DNA of 64,000 nucleotides from Candidatus Aenigmatarchaeota archaeon (GTDB lineage: Archaea; Aenigmatarchaeota; Aenigmatarchaeia; QMZP01; QMZT01), in NCBI GenBank assembly GCA_963726265.1, contig CAVSBQ010000002.1, positions 768,001-832,000 of the forward strand, read 5' to 3'. Both the position numbers and the translations under genes were made by a program. The notes under the pieces are model-generated. The model made no database searches, was not told the origin of the DNA, and saw only the letters and a program-made list of their open reading frames with translations. Within the stretch, counting starts at the first letter, position 1; every line of letters begins with the position of its first letter. Below are positions 1 through 9,329 of the stretch, one piece after another.

Positions 1-3000
1 GGCAAAACCATAAACGCAAGCACCAACAGGACATCCTACGACGGCAAGAGCAACGCCACGACAATTTACATATATGGCTGGGCGGAGCCCGACGCGATGA
101 GCCCTGCAGAAGCGACCGTGTACATCGCAGGAGGCAGCAAGACGATAAAATGCCACGTGAGGGACACGAACACGCACGAGAACCTCGTCGGCTATAACGT
201 AAGCTTATACGTCAACGGCGCCTATCAGGGGTCGGAGCTGACGGTCGGCGATTCCGGCAATGAAGGCAACGCCTCCTTCATGTTCAGCACCAACAGGCCT
301 GCCGGCTATTACAACATCACGTGCTCGATAGGCAGCGATAACGTCATGTATTACAACGTCTCGACTGCCAACATAACCCACGAAATCCGCGTGTCCAGGC
401 CGCTCATAATAGACCAGATAGTCAGGGTTCCATCCAACGGCATCATATACAGGAACGATTCCTTCTCTCCTTACCACGTCAACGTCACCGTGCACATCAA
501 GGACGCCGAGCTAAGCGGGGAGGGAGCAGACAACGCTACGGTGCTCTTCTATAACCACTCGCAGGAATACATCGGCAACTGCACGACGAACGTATCAGGC
601 TGGTGCAACGAGAGCGTGGCATGGAATCCCGAAGACACCATAGCGCCTAACTATTACAACATCTACATGAATGCCACGAAGCCGTACACCAACGAGAATT
701 CGACGACCAATTCAACAAGCATAGACGTGTGGGGCAGATACCTGGCCAACATAAGCAAGCCAGATGAGGGCTCGCTTTACGGCAAGGGCGCGCTCATACC
801 ATTCAACGCCAGCATAAGGGACGAAGACTGGAACTGGTTCATGGGGACGATGAACGTTTACTGGTACAACGATACGAACGATTACATCTACATGACCGTT
901 TCAGGCGAGCTTAGCACCTTTGATTCCAGTTCGCAGGACCCCGGCTTCAGGAATTTCACCGCCAGGACCCAGCTGGGCCTTGCCCACTATTACTCCGAGA
1001 ATGACAGTGTCACGGTGCAGATGACCGGCTGGTCGATCGCTTCATGGGAATACCCCCCGCACCTCTCTGCTGTAAGGTATCCCTATGAGTTCCAGAGGGT
1101 CTGCAGGGTCATCGATTACATTTCGATGACGGGCGTGCCCAACTATCCCGTCAACATGTCTTACTGGAACGCGACGTCAGGCCAGTGGGTTTACAACGGC
1201 ACATACGTCACGAACGCCAGCGGCCACGTAAACGCAAGCTGGACGCCGTGGGACAAGGGCAACGTGACCTTCAACTGCACGATAGGCAACAACGCCACGC
1301 TGCAATACACGGCAAAGGAAGGCAACGAGAGCGCGGCCGCAATAATCTGGGTCAGGGACGAGGTCCCGCCAAACATAACAGGCGTCACCATCCTCCCGAA
1401 CGCCAGCATAGAGGCCTATCTCAACACGACGAACATCTCGGCAAACGTGACGGATGACTATATGGTATGGGACGTATGGGCGCGCCTTGGCCTGCCCAAC
1501 GGCAGCTATGAAAACAAGAGCATGAGCAACATAACGCTTACGACCTACAGGGTGGTTTACCCGCCCAAACTGAACGGCACATACAACGTGACGATATATG
1601 CAAAAGACAAGGGACCCGAATACAACATAAACAGTTCCGGCCCGTATTATTTCACGGTCTGGGGCAAGGCGAATGGAAGGGTAGGCCAGAACGCGACCGT
1701 TTACGCCGGCGGCATAACCCAGATTAATCCGTTCGTCTTCAACCTCACAATCAACTTCACCAACAACGGGCCGCCGCATGCATACGAGGCGAACGTCAGC
1801 ATATATGATCGTTCATCGCCGACGTCGAATGTTTCAACAGGCTACGTGACATACAACGAAACCTCGCATTACTGCGGCAACATGACCAACGGCTCGCTGT
1901 GCCAGTGGACCGTGCTCATCACGGTGCTTGCCGCTACTCCGCCGACTGGCATATACGTCTATGGCAACGCGACCTGGATGGAGCCCGACAGGACGAACGC
2001 TTCATACGCCAATTACACCTACGTCATAGTCGCTTCCAACCCGGTCATAGAAATCCTCGAGAGCGGCATCAACAGGACGACCCCGCACGACAAGGTCACA
2101 TACGTCGACAACCTGACCGTGTATTCAGGCGGCAACGACAGGATAACCAACATACAGCTCGGCAATCTCGGAGGCAACTTCGACCTTAACTGCTACGACT
2201 GCGGCCTGACCATCGTTCCGAACTCCCAGGGAGACCTTGCAGCGGGCTATAATTTCACTTCGGACATCTGGGTCACCATTCCCAAGGGCAAGCCGCCCGG
2301 CAACTACTGGACCTACATAACGGTCAACTCCACGAACGCCGGCTCGGACATATACCTCATGAACCTCACCGTCCCGCTGAATTCTTCATGGCTGAGAACG
2401 CCGTCGTCCTTCCCGGTCATAATCGCGCAGCCCAACGCCAACGGCCTGGTGGGCAGGTTCAACGTCACGAACGACGGCAACGTCAAGATAGATTTCATGA
2501 GCGTTAAAAGGGAAGCCGCAGGTCCTCTCGTGGCGGTCAACCCGGAAGGCTTCTCCGTCGACACGATGTCGACCAGGGAAATAAATATCACGTACACGAT
2601 ACCCATAGGCTATCCGAACGGCCTGTATTACGGCGTGATTGCGATAAGGAACGACACGCTGCCAGCGGACCCGGTCGAGCAGACGATTTCATTCTGGCTT
2701 AACGTCACAGACCTCGCCCCGAACATAAGCAGCTACAGCGTGGAACCAAGGAATTTCGAGGCGGGCTTCGAAACCGTCATCATAAACGCCACAATCACCG
2801 ATAACATCGCGGTCGACAAGGGATGGACTGAAATAGAGAGGCCCGGGGAATACGTGAGCTATTCCAGCAGCCAGACGATGATGCACAACGCGACCGCGCC
2901 CGATGACGGTTTCAATTACACCGAAGGCATAAACTCGACCGGCACCATGCAGCAGTTCAACGTGACCGTTTACAACTGGAATGCTGACACCTTCATCTAC

Positions 3001-4119
3001 GTCAACATAACTGTCAACGGCCTGCTGATAACGGGCAATCATTCCATCGAGAACGGCACGAACTTCACCATCGACGCAGTCGCCGCCGGCGCGAACCTTT
3101 CGCTTCCGGCCAACCACGACATAAACATAACCATCTATAATTCCGCAGGCGACCAGCTGGAAGCCAGTTACACGTCATGGCTTTCCTACAGGATATTGCA
3201 CGGCCAGCTGATAAAAACCATGATGGACAGGAACGTTTCGTTCTTCAACACGACATACTGGACCAACGTGACTGGCTACCACAAGCTGAGAATATGCGCG
3301 AATGACACGTCGGCCAGGACAGCGTGCACCGCTGACATAAGCCTGCTGGCCGCGGGCAACACCAGCATCATAGTAACACCGAATGCCACCGTGATAAACG
3401 TCACCAACATAACCACCATCGCGGGCCAGAGTTTCGGAGTGGCTTTCAACGTCTCCAACGCCGGTTATGCCAGGGCATACAATGTGATCGCCAACGTGTC
3501 TTACCTGGCGGGCTGGTCTGCCGTACCGGAGGGCTTCTACTTCGGCACGCTTTACAGGACTAACGTCTCGTCCAACCTTACTGTCATAACCGTGCCGCCG
3601 TCCACGGTCCCGGGAGAATACAATGCATACATAACCGCCAACTGGACTAATCTCAACGCATCCAATCTTGGTACGAATTTGACGGCCATAATATTCAACG
3701 TGAGCGCCAACCCGATGATAGACCTCCAGGACAGGATACCGCCTTCAGGCGAAGAGGTGATAAGCGCCGGCAGCGAAAGGAATATCACCTTCAACATCAC
3801 GTCGATAGGCAACGTCAACGCGACCAACATCACGTTCAGCTGCAGTTCCGGAATCGTTTGTATGAACTTCTCCCCCGTGTTCAGCACAGCTCTAATTCCG
3901 GTTATGGAAAGCAACGCGACGCAGCTCGTTAACGTGAGCGTCTCCATCGCCTGGAACTTCCCCGCAGGCCCATACAACGGCACCATAACCGCAACGGGCG
4001 ACGGGACCTCGGATTCCTCGCCCATTTACGTAACCATCCCCGCGAACGTTTCATGGAGCATGGAGCCGAACAACATAACCAGGGAAGTGTTACAGGGAAC
4101 GAGCGGATTTTCGGCTTAA
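1..4119 (+). CDS. Giant surface glycoprotein, N-terminal part (5'-truncated by window edge); tandem Ig-like/CARDB-type beta-sandwich domains; continues through frameshifts into 4337-7600
   Basis: Frame 1 is open from base 1 (GKTINASTNRTS...). Very dense N-x-S/T sequons and repeated 'TPPGxY-G-I-V' / 'V-N-GN' modules. No TM or plausible C-terminus before the stop, and the same type of sequence continues in other frames. Confidence 0.85.
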   Translation, partial: GKTINASTNRTSYDGKSNATTIYIYGWAEPDAMSPAEATVYIAGGSKTIKCHVRDTNTHENLVGYNVSLYVNGAYQGSELTVGDSGNEGNASFMFSTNRPAGYYNITCSIGSDNVMYYNVSTANITHEIRVSRPLIIDQIVRVPSNGIIYRNDSFSPYHVNVTVHIKDAELSGEGADNATVLFYNHSQEYIGNCTTNVSGWCNESVAWNPEDTIAPNYYNIYMNATKPYTNENSTTNSTSIDVWGRYLANISKPDEGSLYGKGALIPFNASIRDEDWNWFMGTMNVYWYNDTNDYIYMTVSGELSTFDSSSQDPGFRNFTARTQLGLAHYYSENDSVTVQMTGWSIASWEYPPHLSAVRYPYEFQRVCRVIDYISMTGVPNYPVNMSYWNATSGQWVYNGTYVTNASGHVNASWTPWDKGNVTFNCTIGNNATLQYTAKEGNESAAAIIWVRDEVPPNITGVTILPNASIEAYLNTTNISANVTDDYMVWDVWARLGLPNGSYENKSMSNITLTTYRVVYPPKLNGTYNVTIYAKDKGPEYNINSSGPYYFTVWGKANGRVGQNATVYAGGITQINPFVFNLTINFTNNGPPHAYEANVSIYDRSSPTSNVSTGYVTYNETSHYCGNMTNGSLCQWTVLITVLAATPPTGIYVYGNATWMEPDRTNASYANYTYVIVASNPVIEILESGINRTTPHDKVTYVDNLTVYSGGNDRITNIQLGNLGGNFDLNCYDCGLTIVPNSQGDLAAGYNFTSDIWVTIPKGKPPGNYWTYITVNSTNAGSDIYLMNLTVPLNSSWLRTPSSFPVIIAQPNANGLVGRFNVTNDGNVKIDFMSVKREAAGPLVAVNPEGFSVDTMSTREINITYTIPIGYPNGLYYGVIAIRNDTLPADPVEQTISFWLNVTDLAPNISSYSVEPRNFEAGFETVIINATITDNIAVDKGWTEIERPGEYVSYSSSQTMMHNATAPDDGFNYTEGINSTGTMQQFNVTVYNWNADTFIYVNITVNGLLITGNHSIENGTNFTIDAVAAGANLSLPANHDINITIYNSAGDQLEASYTSWLSYRILHGQLIKTMMDRNVSFFNTTYWTNVTGYHKLRICANDTSARTACTADISLLAAGNTSIIVTPNATVINVTNITTIAGQSFGVAFNVSNAGYARAYNVIANVSYLAGWSAVPEGFYFGTLYRTNVSSNLTVITVPPSTVPGEYNAYITANWTNLNASNLGTNLTAIIFNVSANPMIDLQDRIPPSGEEVISAGSERNITFNITSIGNVNATNITFSCSSGIVCMNFSPVFSTALIPVMESNATQLVNVSVSIAWNFPAGPYNGTITATGDGTSDSSPIYVTIPANVSWSMEPNNITREVLQGTSGFSA

Positions 4120-4336
4120 TAGCAGTCAGGAACATGGGCAACGTCTACGCAGGCCTTACCGTCGATCCAGATAGGACTGGAACGTACCGCCCGGCTACAT
4201 CATCCTACACGCCTGCAGCATTTCACCTGGACATAGGGGAAATAGAATATATTGTATGTCAATTACAGCGCTGCCCGTGACTTACATCACATCCACATAC
4301 ACGGGCAAAATATGGACCTCAACGTAACATCCTACG

Positions 4337-7300
4337 ATGAAGAGAATTCCAGAAAATATCCTCATAAACATAACCATACATCCCTACTCCGTCAACATCA
4401 TCTCGCCGACAGAGGCGAGCCCGAAGCTCAACGTCTCTCCCGGCGACATCGGTGCAGGCCAGGATAAACATCACCTACGGCACGTCGCCCGTCACGCAGA
4501 ACATGACCTTCAACCTTTCGCTTTACAACAGCACCATGCGCTCGTACGTCACGCTCACGTCGCAGAGCTACAACTCGACCAACGGGCTGTGGTACGTGAA
4601 CTTCACCGCGCCGAACGCTCGCGCTGCAGAAGGGCTACGACCTCAACGTCACCGCGACCTACAACAGGTATGGCAATGCAGAACGTCACTTATTATGACA
4701 CCGAGGCCAAGGCCGTCGTATACAAGGACGAGGTGCCGCCAGAGATTGTGATATCCGTGCCAGCGAGGGTGCCGGCCAACAACACCGCGACAGTTTATGC
4801 GAACATAACCGACCAGGGCGGCGTGCAGAACGCGAGCATAATCGTCTATAACCCGAACGGCACCGCGCAATACGGCAACATGACCTTCATTTCGAAGAGC
4901 ATCGACACGTATGTCTACAGATATGATTACATCAACACGACCTCGACCGGAATCTACACGATCAACGTGACCAGCTGCGACATGTCAGGCAACTGCAACT
5001 CGACCAACAAGACCTTCGAAATATTCCTGGGCATCTGGTTCTCAGGTTACGCCATAGACATCTTCAACTCCAGCCACCCGGTCATACGCCAGGAATTCAG
5101 GTTCTACGACGACTACGGCCAGCTGCTCATGAACTTCACCGGCAACTCCCTGACCGGCTTGTATAACGAGAGCATAGACTCGAGGATATATGACATCGCG
5201 GTCAGGTTCTGGAACGACAGCATCTCGCTCCTGACCGTGCCGATGTTCGTGAACATACACAACCCCATACAGTTCGGCAGCGTCCCGAACACCAGGGTGT
5301 CCCTGCTGGGCGCCGGGGTCTACAGGAGCGTGTGGGTCAACAACTCGATGAACTATTCGATGGGGAACATCTCGCTCAATTACTCCAGGTATGAAGAGCA
5401 GATCAACCCCGTCAACATCAGCCTTTACCATTGCAGTTCATTCAATTCCATTTCGTTCTGCCAGTCCGGATGGAGCAGGATGACCGTGGCGGTCAACACC
5501 ACGACCACCACCATAACCGCCAACTCGACCGACCTTAACGGCGTTTTTGTGATAGCCGACTTCATCTGCGGCGACGGCAGCTGCTCGTCAGCTTCCGGAG
5601 AATCGATGGCCAACTGCCCGCTCGACTGCGTCATAATAACCCCGCCTGTTACTCCTCCGGGGGGCGGAGGCGCGGCTGGCGGAGCGGGAGCCGGGGCCGC
5701 GGCAGGCGCCGGAGCCGCCGCAGGCGCAGCGGGAGCGGCGCAGGTCCCGGTCGAGATAAAGTCGACGCTGATATTCGTCACGCTAAGACCCGGCGAGCAC
5801 GAAATACACTCGATAGACATAACCAACAACCTTGGCAATGCCGTCGAGGTCGAGAATAGCGTGATCGGCAACGCCTGGGAGCTTGTCCAGATTGAAAAGC
5901 CGACGATGACGGTTCCCGGGAAGTCGACGGGCGTGATGAAGGTCAAGCTTTACGCGCTGCCGACCACGCAGGCCGGCATATACACGGGCGACATCATATC
6001 CAAGGTGAGGGGCACCAACATCTCCCACGTAACGCCGGTGACGATAAAGGTCGAGCTGCCGCCCGAGCCGCTGCTTGACGTCACGGTCAAGGCGCTCACC
6101 AAGACGGTCGAGCCCGGCGGGAACCTGAAATTCGAAATCACGCTGCTCAACATGGGCCAGACCGCCAAGATAGAGGACATAGTCGTTAGTTATGTTGTGA
6201 AGGGGTTGGACACGGAGAGGGTGATAACGAAGAACAGCGAGACGCTCGCAGTCGAGAACGTCAAGAGCTTCACCAAGACCATCGCCATCCCCGATGACAC
6301 GCCGCAGGACAGGTACGTCGTGGAAGTCAACGTGACCTACTGGTACGGCAAGAAGTCAGCGTATGCGGTAGACTCGTTCGACGTGTTCGTGCTTCCAGCT
6401 CCGTTAGCGCTGCTGCGCGCGGTGTTCATGCACTGGATAACCTATGCTATCGCTTTCGCCGCGATACCTGGCATATACTTCGGCAGGCGCCTGTTCGCGA
6501 CATGGCGCGGCAAGAAGAAAAAAGGCAAGAGATACATCTTCCCGCTCGACTTCAACAAGCTGCCGAAGCCGGGGCCTGACACCATCCCGGTCGGCAAGAT
6601 CGCGGAGACGGACGTGAAAGCGTACATAGACACGAAAGCGCTGATGATGCACTCGCTGGCCGCAGGAGCGACGGGCTCGGGCAAGTCCGTATCCGCGATG
6701 ATATGCGCGGAGGAGCTGCTGAAACGCGGCATGCCGATAATAGTGTTCGACCCGACTGCGCAGTGGACCGGCTTCATGAAGGCCTGCAAGGACAAGAGGA
6801 TGTTCGACCTTTACCCGCAGTTCGGCATGAAGCCTGACGAGGCGATGGCGTTCAAGGTGAACATCATCCTGGTCACTGACCCGAACATGGAAGTCGACAT
6901 ACAGAAATACAGGAGGCCGGGCGAGATGACGGTCTTCGTGATGAACAAGCTGGAGCCAGAGCACCTGGACAACTTCGTGAGGAAAACGGTGACGTCGGTA
7001 TTCAAGGCCGCGCTCGGGGAAGAGAAGGAGCTGAGGCTGCTGCTCATATACGACGAGGTCCATCGCCTCCTGCCGAAATACGGCGGCAAGGGCGGTTACA
7101 TAGCGATCGAGAGGGCATGCAGAGAATTCCGTAAGTGGGGCATCGGCGTGTTCATGATATCTCAGGTGCTTATGGACTTCAGGGGCGCGATTCGCGCCAA
7201 CATAGCCACAGAGCTCCAGCTCAGGACTAAATACGAGGGCGACATCGGCAGGGTGAAGACCAAGTACGGCATGGACTTCGCGTCGAGGGTCGTGAAGCTG

Positions 7301-7600
7301 ACGACAGGCACGGCGCTGGTCCAGAACCCGGCCTACAACGACGGCAAGCCGTATTTCATCGCCTTCCGCCCGCTGCTGCACGACACGGGAAGGCTCACTG
7401 ACGAGGAGATAGAGAAATACGTGAAGGTCCAGCAGGAGATAGAGAAGATAGAGAAGCAGATTGAAGCGATGAAGGCTAGGAAGGTCGACACGACCGACAT
7501 AGAAATCGAGCTGAACCTCGCGAAGGACAAGATGAAGGCCGGCCAGTTCTCGATGGCCGAGAGCTACATAGAGTCGCTCAAGGCCAGGCTGAAGGCGTGA
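4337..7600 (+). CDS. C-terminal part of giant surface protein: Ig-like domains, Cys motif (CGDGSC...CPLDC), Gly/Ala linker, TM helix, cytoplasmic HerA/DUF87-like (FtsK-HerA superfamily) ATPase, C-terminal helical bundle
   Basis: TM ~6400-6490 followed by RGKKKKGKR. Walker A GATGSGKS (6665-6688), hhhhDP motif (IIVFDPT), Walker B LLLIYDE (~7037-7057), Arg-finger-like REFRKWG and sensor ISQ. Part of the first ~110 codons of the called ORF is out of frame. Confidence 0.85.
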   Translation: MKRIPENILINITIHPYSVNIISPTEASPKLNVSPGDIGAGQDKHHLRHVARHAEHDLQPFALQQHHALVRHAHVAELQLDQRAVVRELHRAERSRCRRATTSTSPRPTTGMAMQNVTYYDTEAKAVVYKDEVPPEIVISVPARVPANNTATVYANITDQGGVQNASIIVYNPNGTAQYGNMTFISKSIDTYVYRYDYINTTSTGIYTINVTSCDMSGNCNSTNKTFEIFLGIWFSGYAIDIFNSSHPVIRQEFRFYDDYGQLLMNFTGNSLTGLYNESIDSRIYDIAVRFWNDSISLLTVPMFVNIHNPIQFGSVPNTRVSLLGAGVYRSVWVNNSMNYSMGNISLNYSRYEEQINPVNISLYHCSSFNSISFCQSGWSRMTVAVNTTTTTITANSTDLNGVFVIADFICGDGSCSSASGESMANCPLDCVIITPPVTPPGGGGAAGGAGAGAAAGAGAAAGAAGAAQVPVEIKSTLIFVTLRPGEHEIHSIDITNNLGNAVEVENSVIGNAWELVQIEKPTMTVPGKSTGVMKVKLYALPTTQAGIYTGDIISKVRGTNISHVTPVTIKVELPPEPLLDVTVKALTKTVEPGGNLKFEITLLNMGQTAKIEDIVVSYVVKGLDTERVITKNSETLAVENVKSFTKTIAIPDDTPQDRYVVEVNVTYWYGKKSAYAVDSFDVFVLPAPLALLRAVFMHWITYAIAFAAIPGIYFGRRLFATWRGKKKKGKRYIFPLDFNKLPKPGPDTIPVGKIAETDVKAYIDTKALMMHSLAAGATGSGKSVSAMICAEELLKRGMPIIVFDPTAQWTGFMKACKDKRMFDLYPQFGMKPDEAMAFKVNIILVTDPNMEVDIQKYRRPGEMTVFVMNKLEPEHLDNFVRKTVTSVFKAALGEEKELRLLLIYDEVHRLLPKYGGKGGYIAIERACREFRKWGIGVFMISQVLMDFRGAIRANIATELQLRTKYEGDIGRVKTKYGMDFASRVVKLTTGTALVQNPAYNDGKPYFIAFRPLLHDTGRLTDEEIEKYVKVQQEIEKIEKQIEAMKARKVDTTDIEIELNLAKDKMKAGQFSMAESYIESLKARLKA

Positions 7601-7689
7601 TGAAAAATGCGCGGCAAAACACAAGATTGATTAATTTTCTTTTTTCCGGTTTCCACTACTATTTATTTTATAGTAATTAATTAATTATT

Positions 7690-9309
7690 ATGGCGGGGAA
7701 AAGGGTGAAAACCACTAGTGTAAAGAAGGCCGCGCCAAAGATCGCGGCAAAAGCGAAGGACAAGGCTTCTTCTAAAGCTTCCAAGATCGTAACAAAAACC
7801 CAGGCAAAAAGCGCGCTTCCTTCTGAGAGCCTTGAGCAGCTGATGCACGAGAAAGAGGAGATACAGGCTCTGCTGTCGTCGCTTGAGGATGCTTACACTG
7901 AGGCGGCGATACTCGAGGACGACTACAACGACATAAAGGCCAAGAACGAGAAGAAGCTCGAGGACATAAGCAGGAAGATAGACATCCTCGCGAAAAGCCA
8001 GCCTGCCGCTGAAATGCCTGCAGTTGATCTGGCGGAGATGGCGAAACCCGCCGCAGCTTTCAGGATGCCGAAGATTCCGGTTTACGAGGAAGCCCCTCCT
8101 GAAGAGGAAGAACCAAAAGTCAAGGAAAAGTCTAAAAAAGAAAAGGCCGCAACCGAGGCGTTAGGCGCAGAGGACCTGAAGAAGCTCGAGGTCGACCTGG
8201 CGGAGAAGATAAGGCAGATGGTCGAGGACATAGGCGCGAAGGTTAGCGAGAAGGACCTGCTGGAGATGAAGAACAGCTTCGCCAAATTCGAGGCCGAGAT
8301 AGACAAGATGAAGGCGCAGGTCGAGGCGGTCAAAGAAGGCAGGAAGGTCGACGACGACAAAATACAGCGGGTCATTGAAGGCCTGGCCGAGGTAAGGACG
8401 ATGGTCTACGGCAGGGAGGCGTCGACCAAGGAGCAGGAGATAAAGTTCGAGAAGGCGATGGACATCATGGGCAGGATAGAGCCGGAGAAGATAATAATGG
8501 AAATCGGCAGGAGGGACAAGGAGATAAGCAATACCGGCCTCCGCATGAGCAAGCTCGAGGAAACGTCAAAGGAGTTCGGCGAGATGCTGAAGAGGATCGA
8601 GACGCTGCTGCGCAACGTCGGAAGCCTCGAGCACGTCATCACCATAAGCAATGAGGCATCCGAGAAGCTCATGATCATGGAAAACATCCAGAGGAGCAAC
8701 CAGAAGATGATGGACAAGATACAGGGCATCTACGCCGAGCTTAGCAAGAGGATGGAGGAATTCATGCTTTACCGCGCGAAACAGGACAGGATAGACGACC
8801 TGATGAACGACGTCATGAAGAACATGGACGACCTGACGACGAGGTCCGCGTATTTCGTGACCAAGGACGATCTCGAGTCGCTCAAGGCGAGCATACAGAC
8901 CACAATCGCCTCAGCGCCGGCTGCGCCGTCGGAGGCTTCGGGCCTGCAGGCGCAGAAGGAAGAGATAGAGATGCTGATGAAGTCCATGGAAGACGAATTC
9001 AAGAGCAGGACCATATCCAAGGAAGAATACGAGAAGATGAAGAAGGCGAACACGGCAAAGCTCATGGAGCTTGAAAGCAAGATAAGGAGCGGAACGGCGG
9101 CTCCGCTGCAGCCTCGCGTCTTCGAGAAACCGAAGCCCGCGAAGTCCGCTCCGAACAAGCCGAAGGAAACCCGGGAGGCAAAGCCGTCGAAAGAGATGAA
9201 AAGCAAGAATGACATGATGCTCAGGGACCTGGAGGACACTTACAGGAAGGGCTTCATCAGCAAGGAAGCTTACGATAAGACGAAGAAGATGATTTTGGGA
9301 AAAAGGTGA
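7690..9309 (+). CDS. Cytoplasmic coiled-coil protein with Lys-rich N-terminus and three SHOCT-like motifs
   Basis: E/K-rich heptad pattern with no TM. Motifs LEDAYTEAAILEDDY, MEDEFKSRTISKEEY and LEDTYRKGFISKEAY. Confidence 0.75.
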   Translation: MAGKRVKTTSVKKAAPKIAAKAKDKASSKASKIVTKTQAKSALPSESLEQLMHEKEEIQALLSSLEDAYTEAAILEDDYNDIKAKNEKKLEDISRKIDILAKSQPAAEMPAVDLAEMAKPAAAFRMPKIPVYEEAPPEEEEPKVKEKSKKEKAATEALGAEDLKKLEVDLAEKIRQMVEDIGAKVSEKDLLEMKNSFAKFEAEIDKMKAQVEAVKEGRKVDDDKIQRVIEGLAEVRTMVYGREASTKEQEIKFEKAMDIMGRIEPEKIIMEIGRRDKEISNTGLRMSKLEETSKEFGEMLKRIETLLRNVGSLEHVITISNEASEKLMIMENIQRSNQKMMDKIQGIYAELSKRMEEFMLYRAKQDRIDDLMNDVMKNMDDLTTRSAYFVTKDDLESLKASIQTTIASAPAAPSEASGLQAQKEEIEMLMKSMEDEFKSRTISKEEYEKMKKANTAKLMELESKIRSGTAAPLQPRVFEKPKPAKSAPNKPKETREAKPSKEMKSKNDMMLRDLEDTYRKGFISKEAYDKTKKMILGKR

Positions 9310-9329
9310 GGTAAATCCGCCATGCGAAG

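Noticed and set aside
5640..5740. GC-rich tandem repeat element
   Set aside because: Encodes the Gly/Ala linker of the surface protein.
6530..7600. Canonical HerA of the HerA-NurA-Mre11-Rad50 repair operon
   Set aside because: No HAS barrel and no nurA, mre11 or rad50 nearby. The domain is fused behind a TM and ectodomain.
7690..9309. CdvA/ESCRT division system
   Set aside because: Only a short motif resembles CdvA. No PRC barrel, ESCRT-III or Vps4 gene is recognisable in the window.
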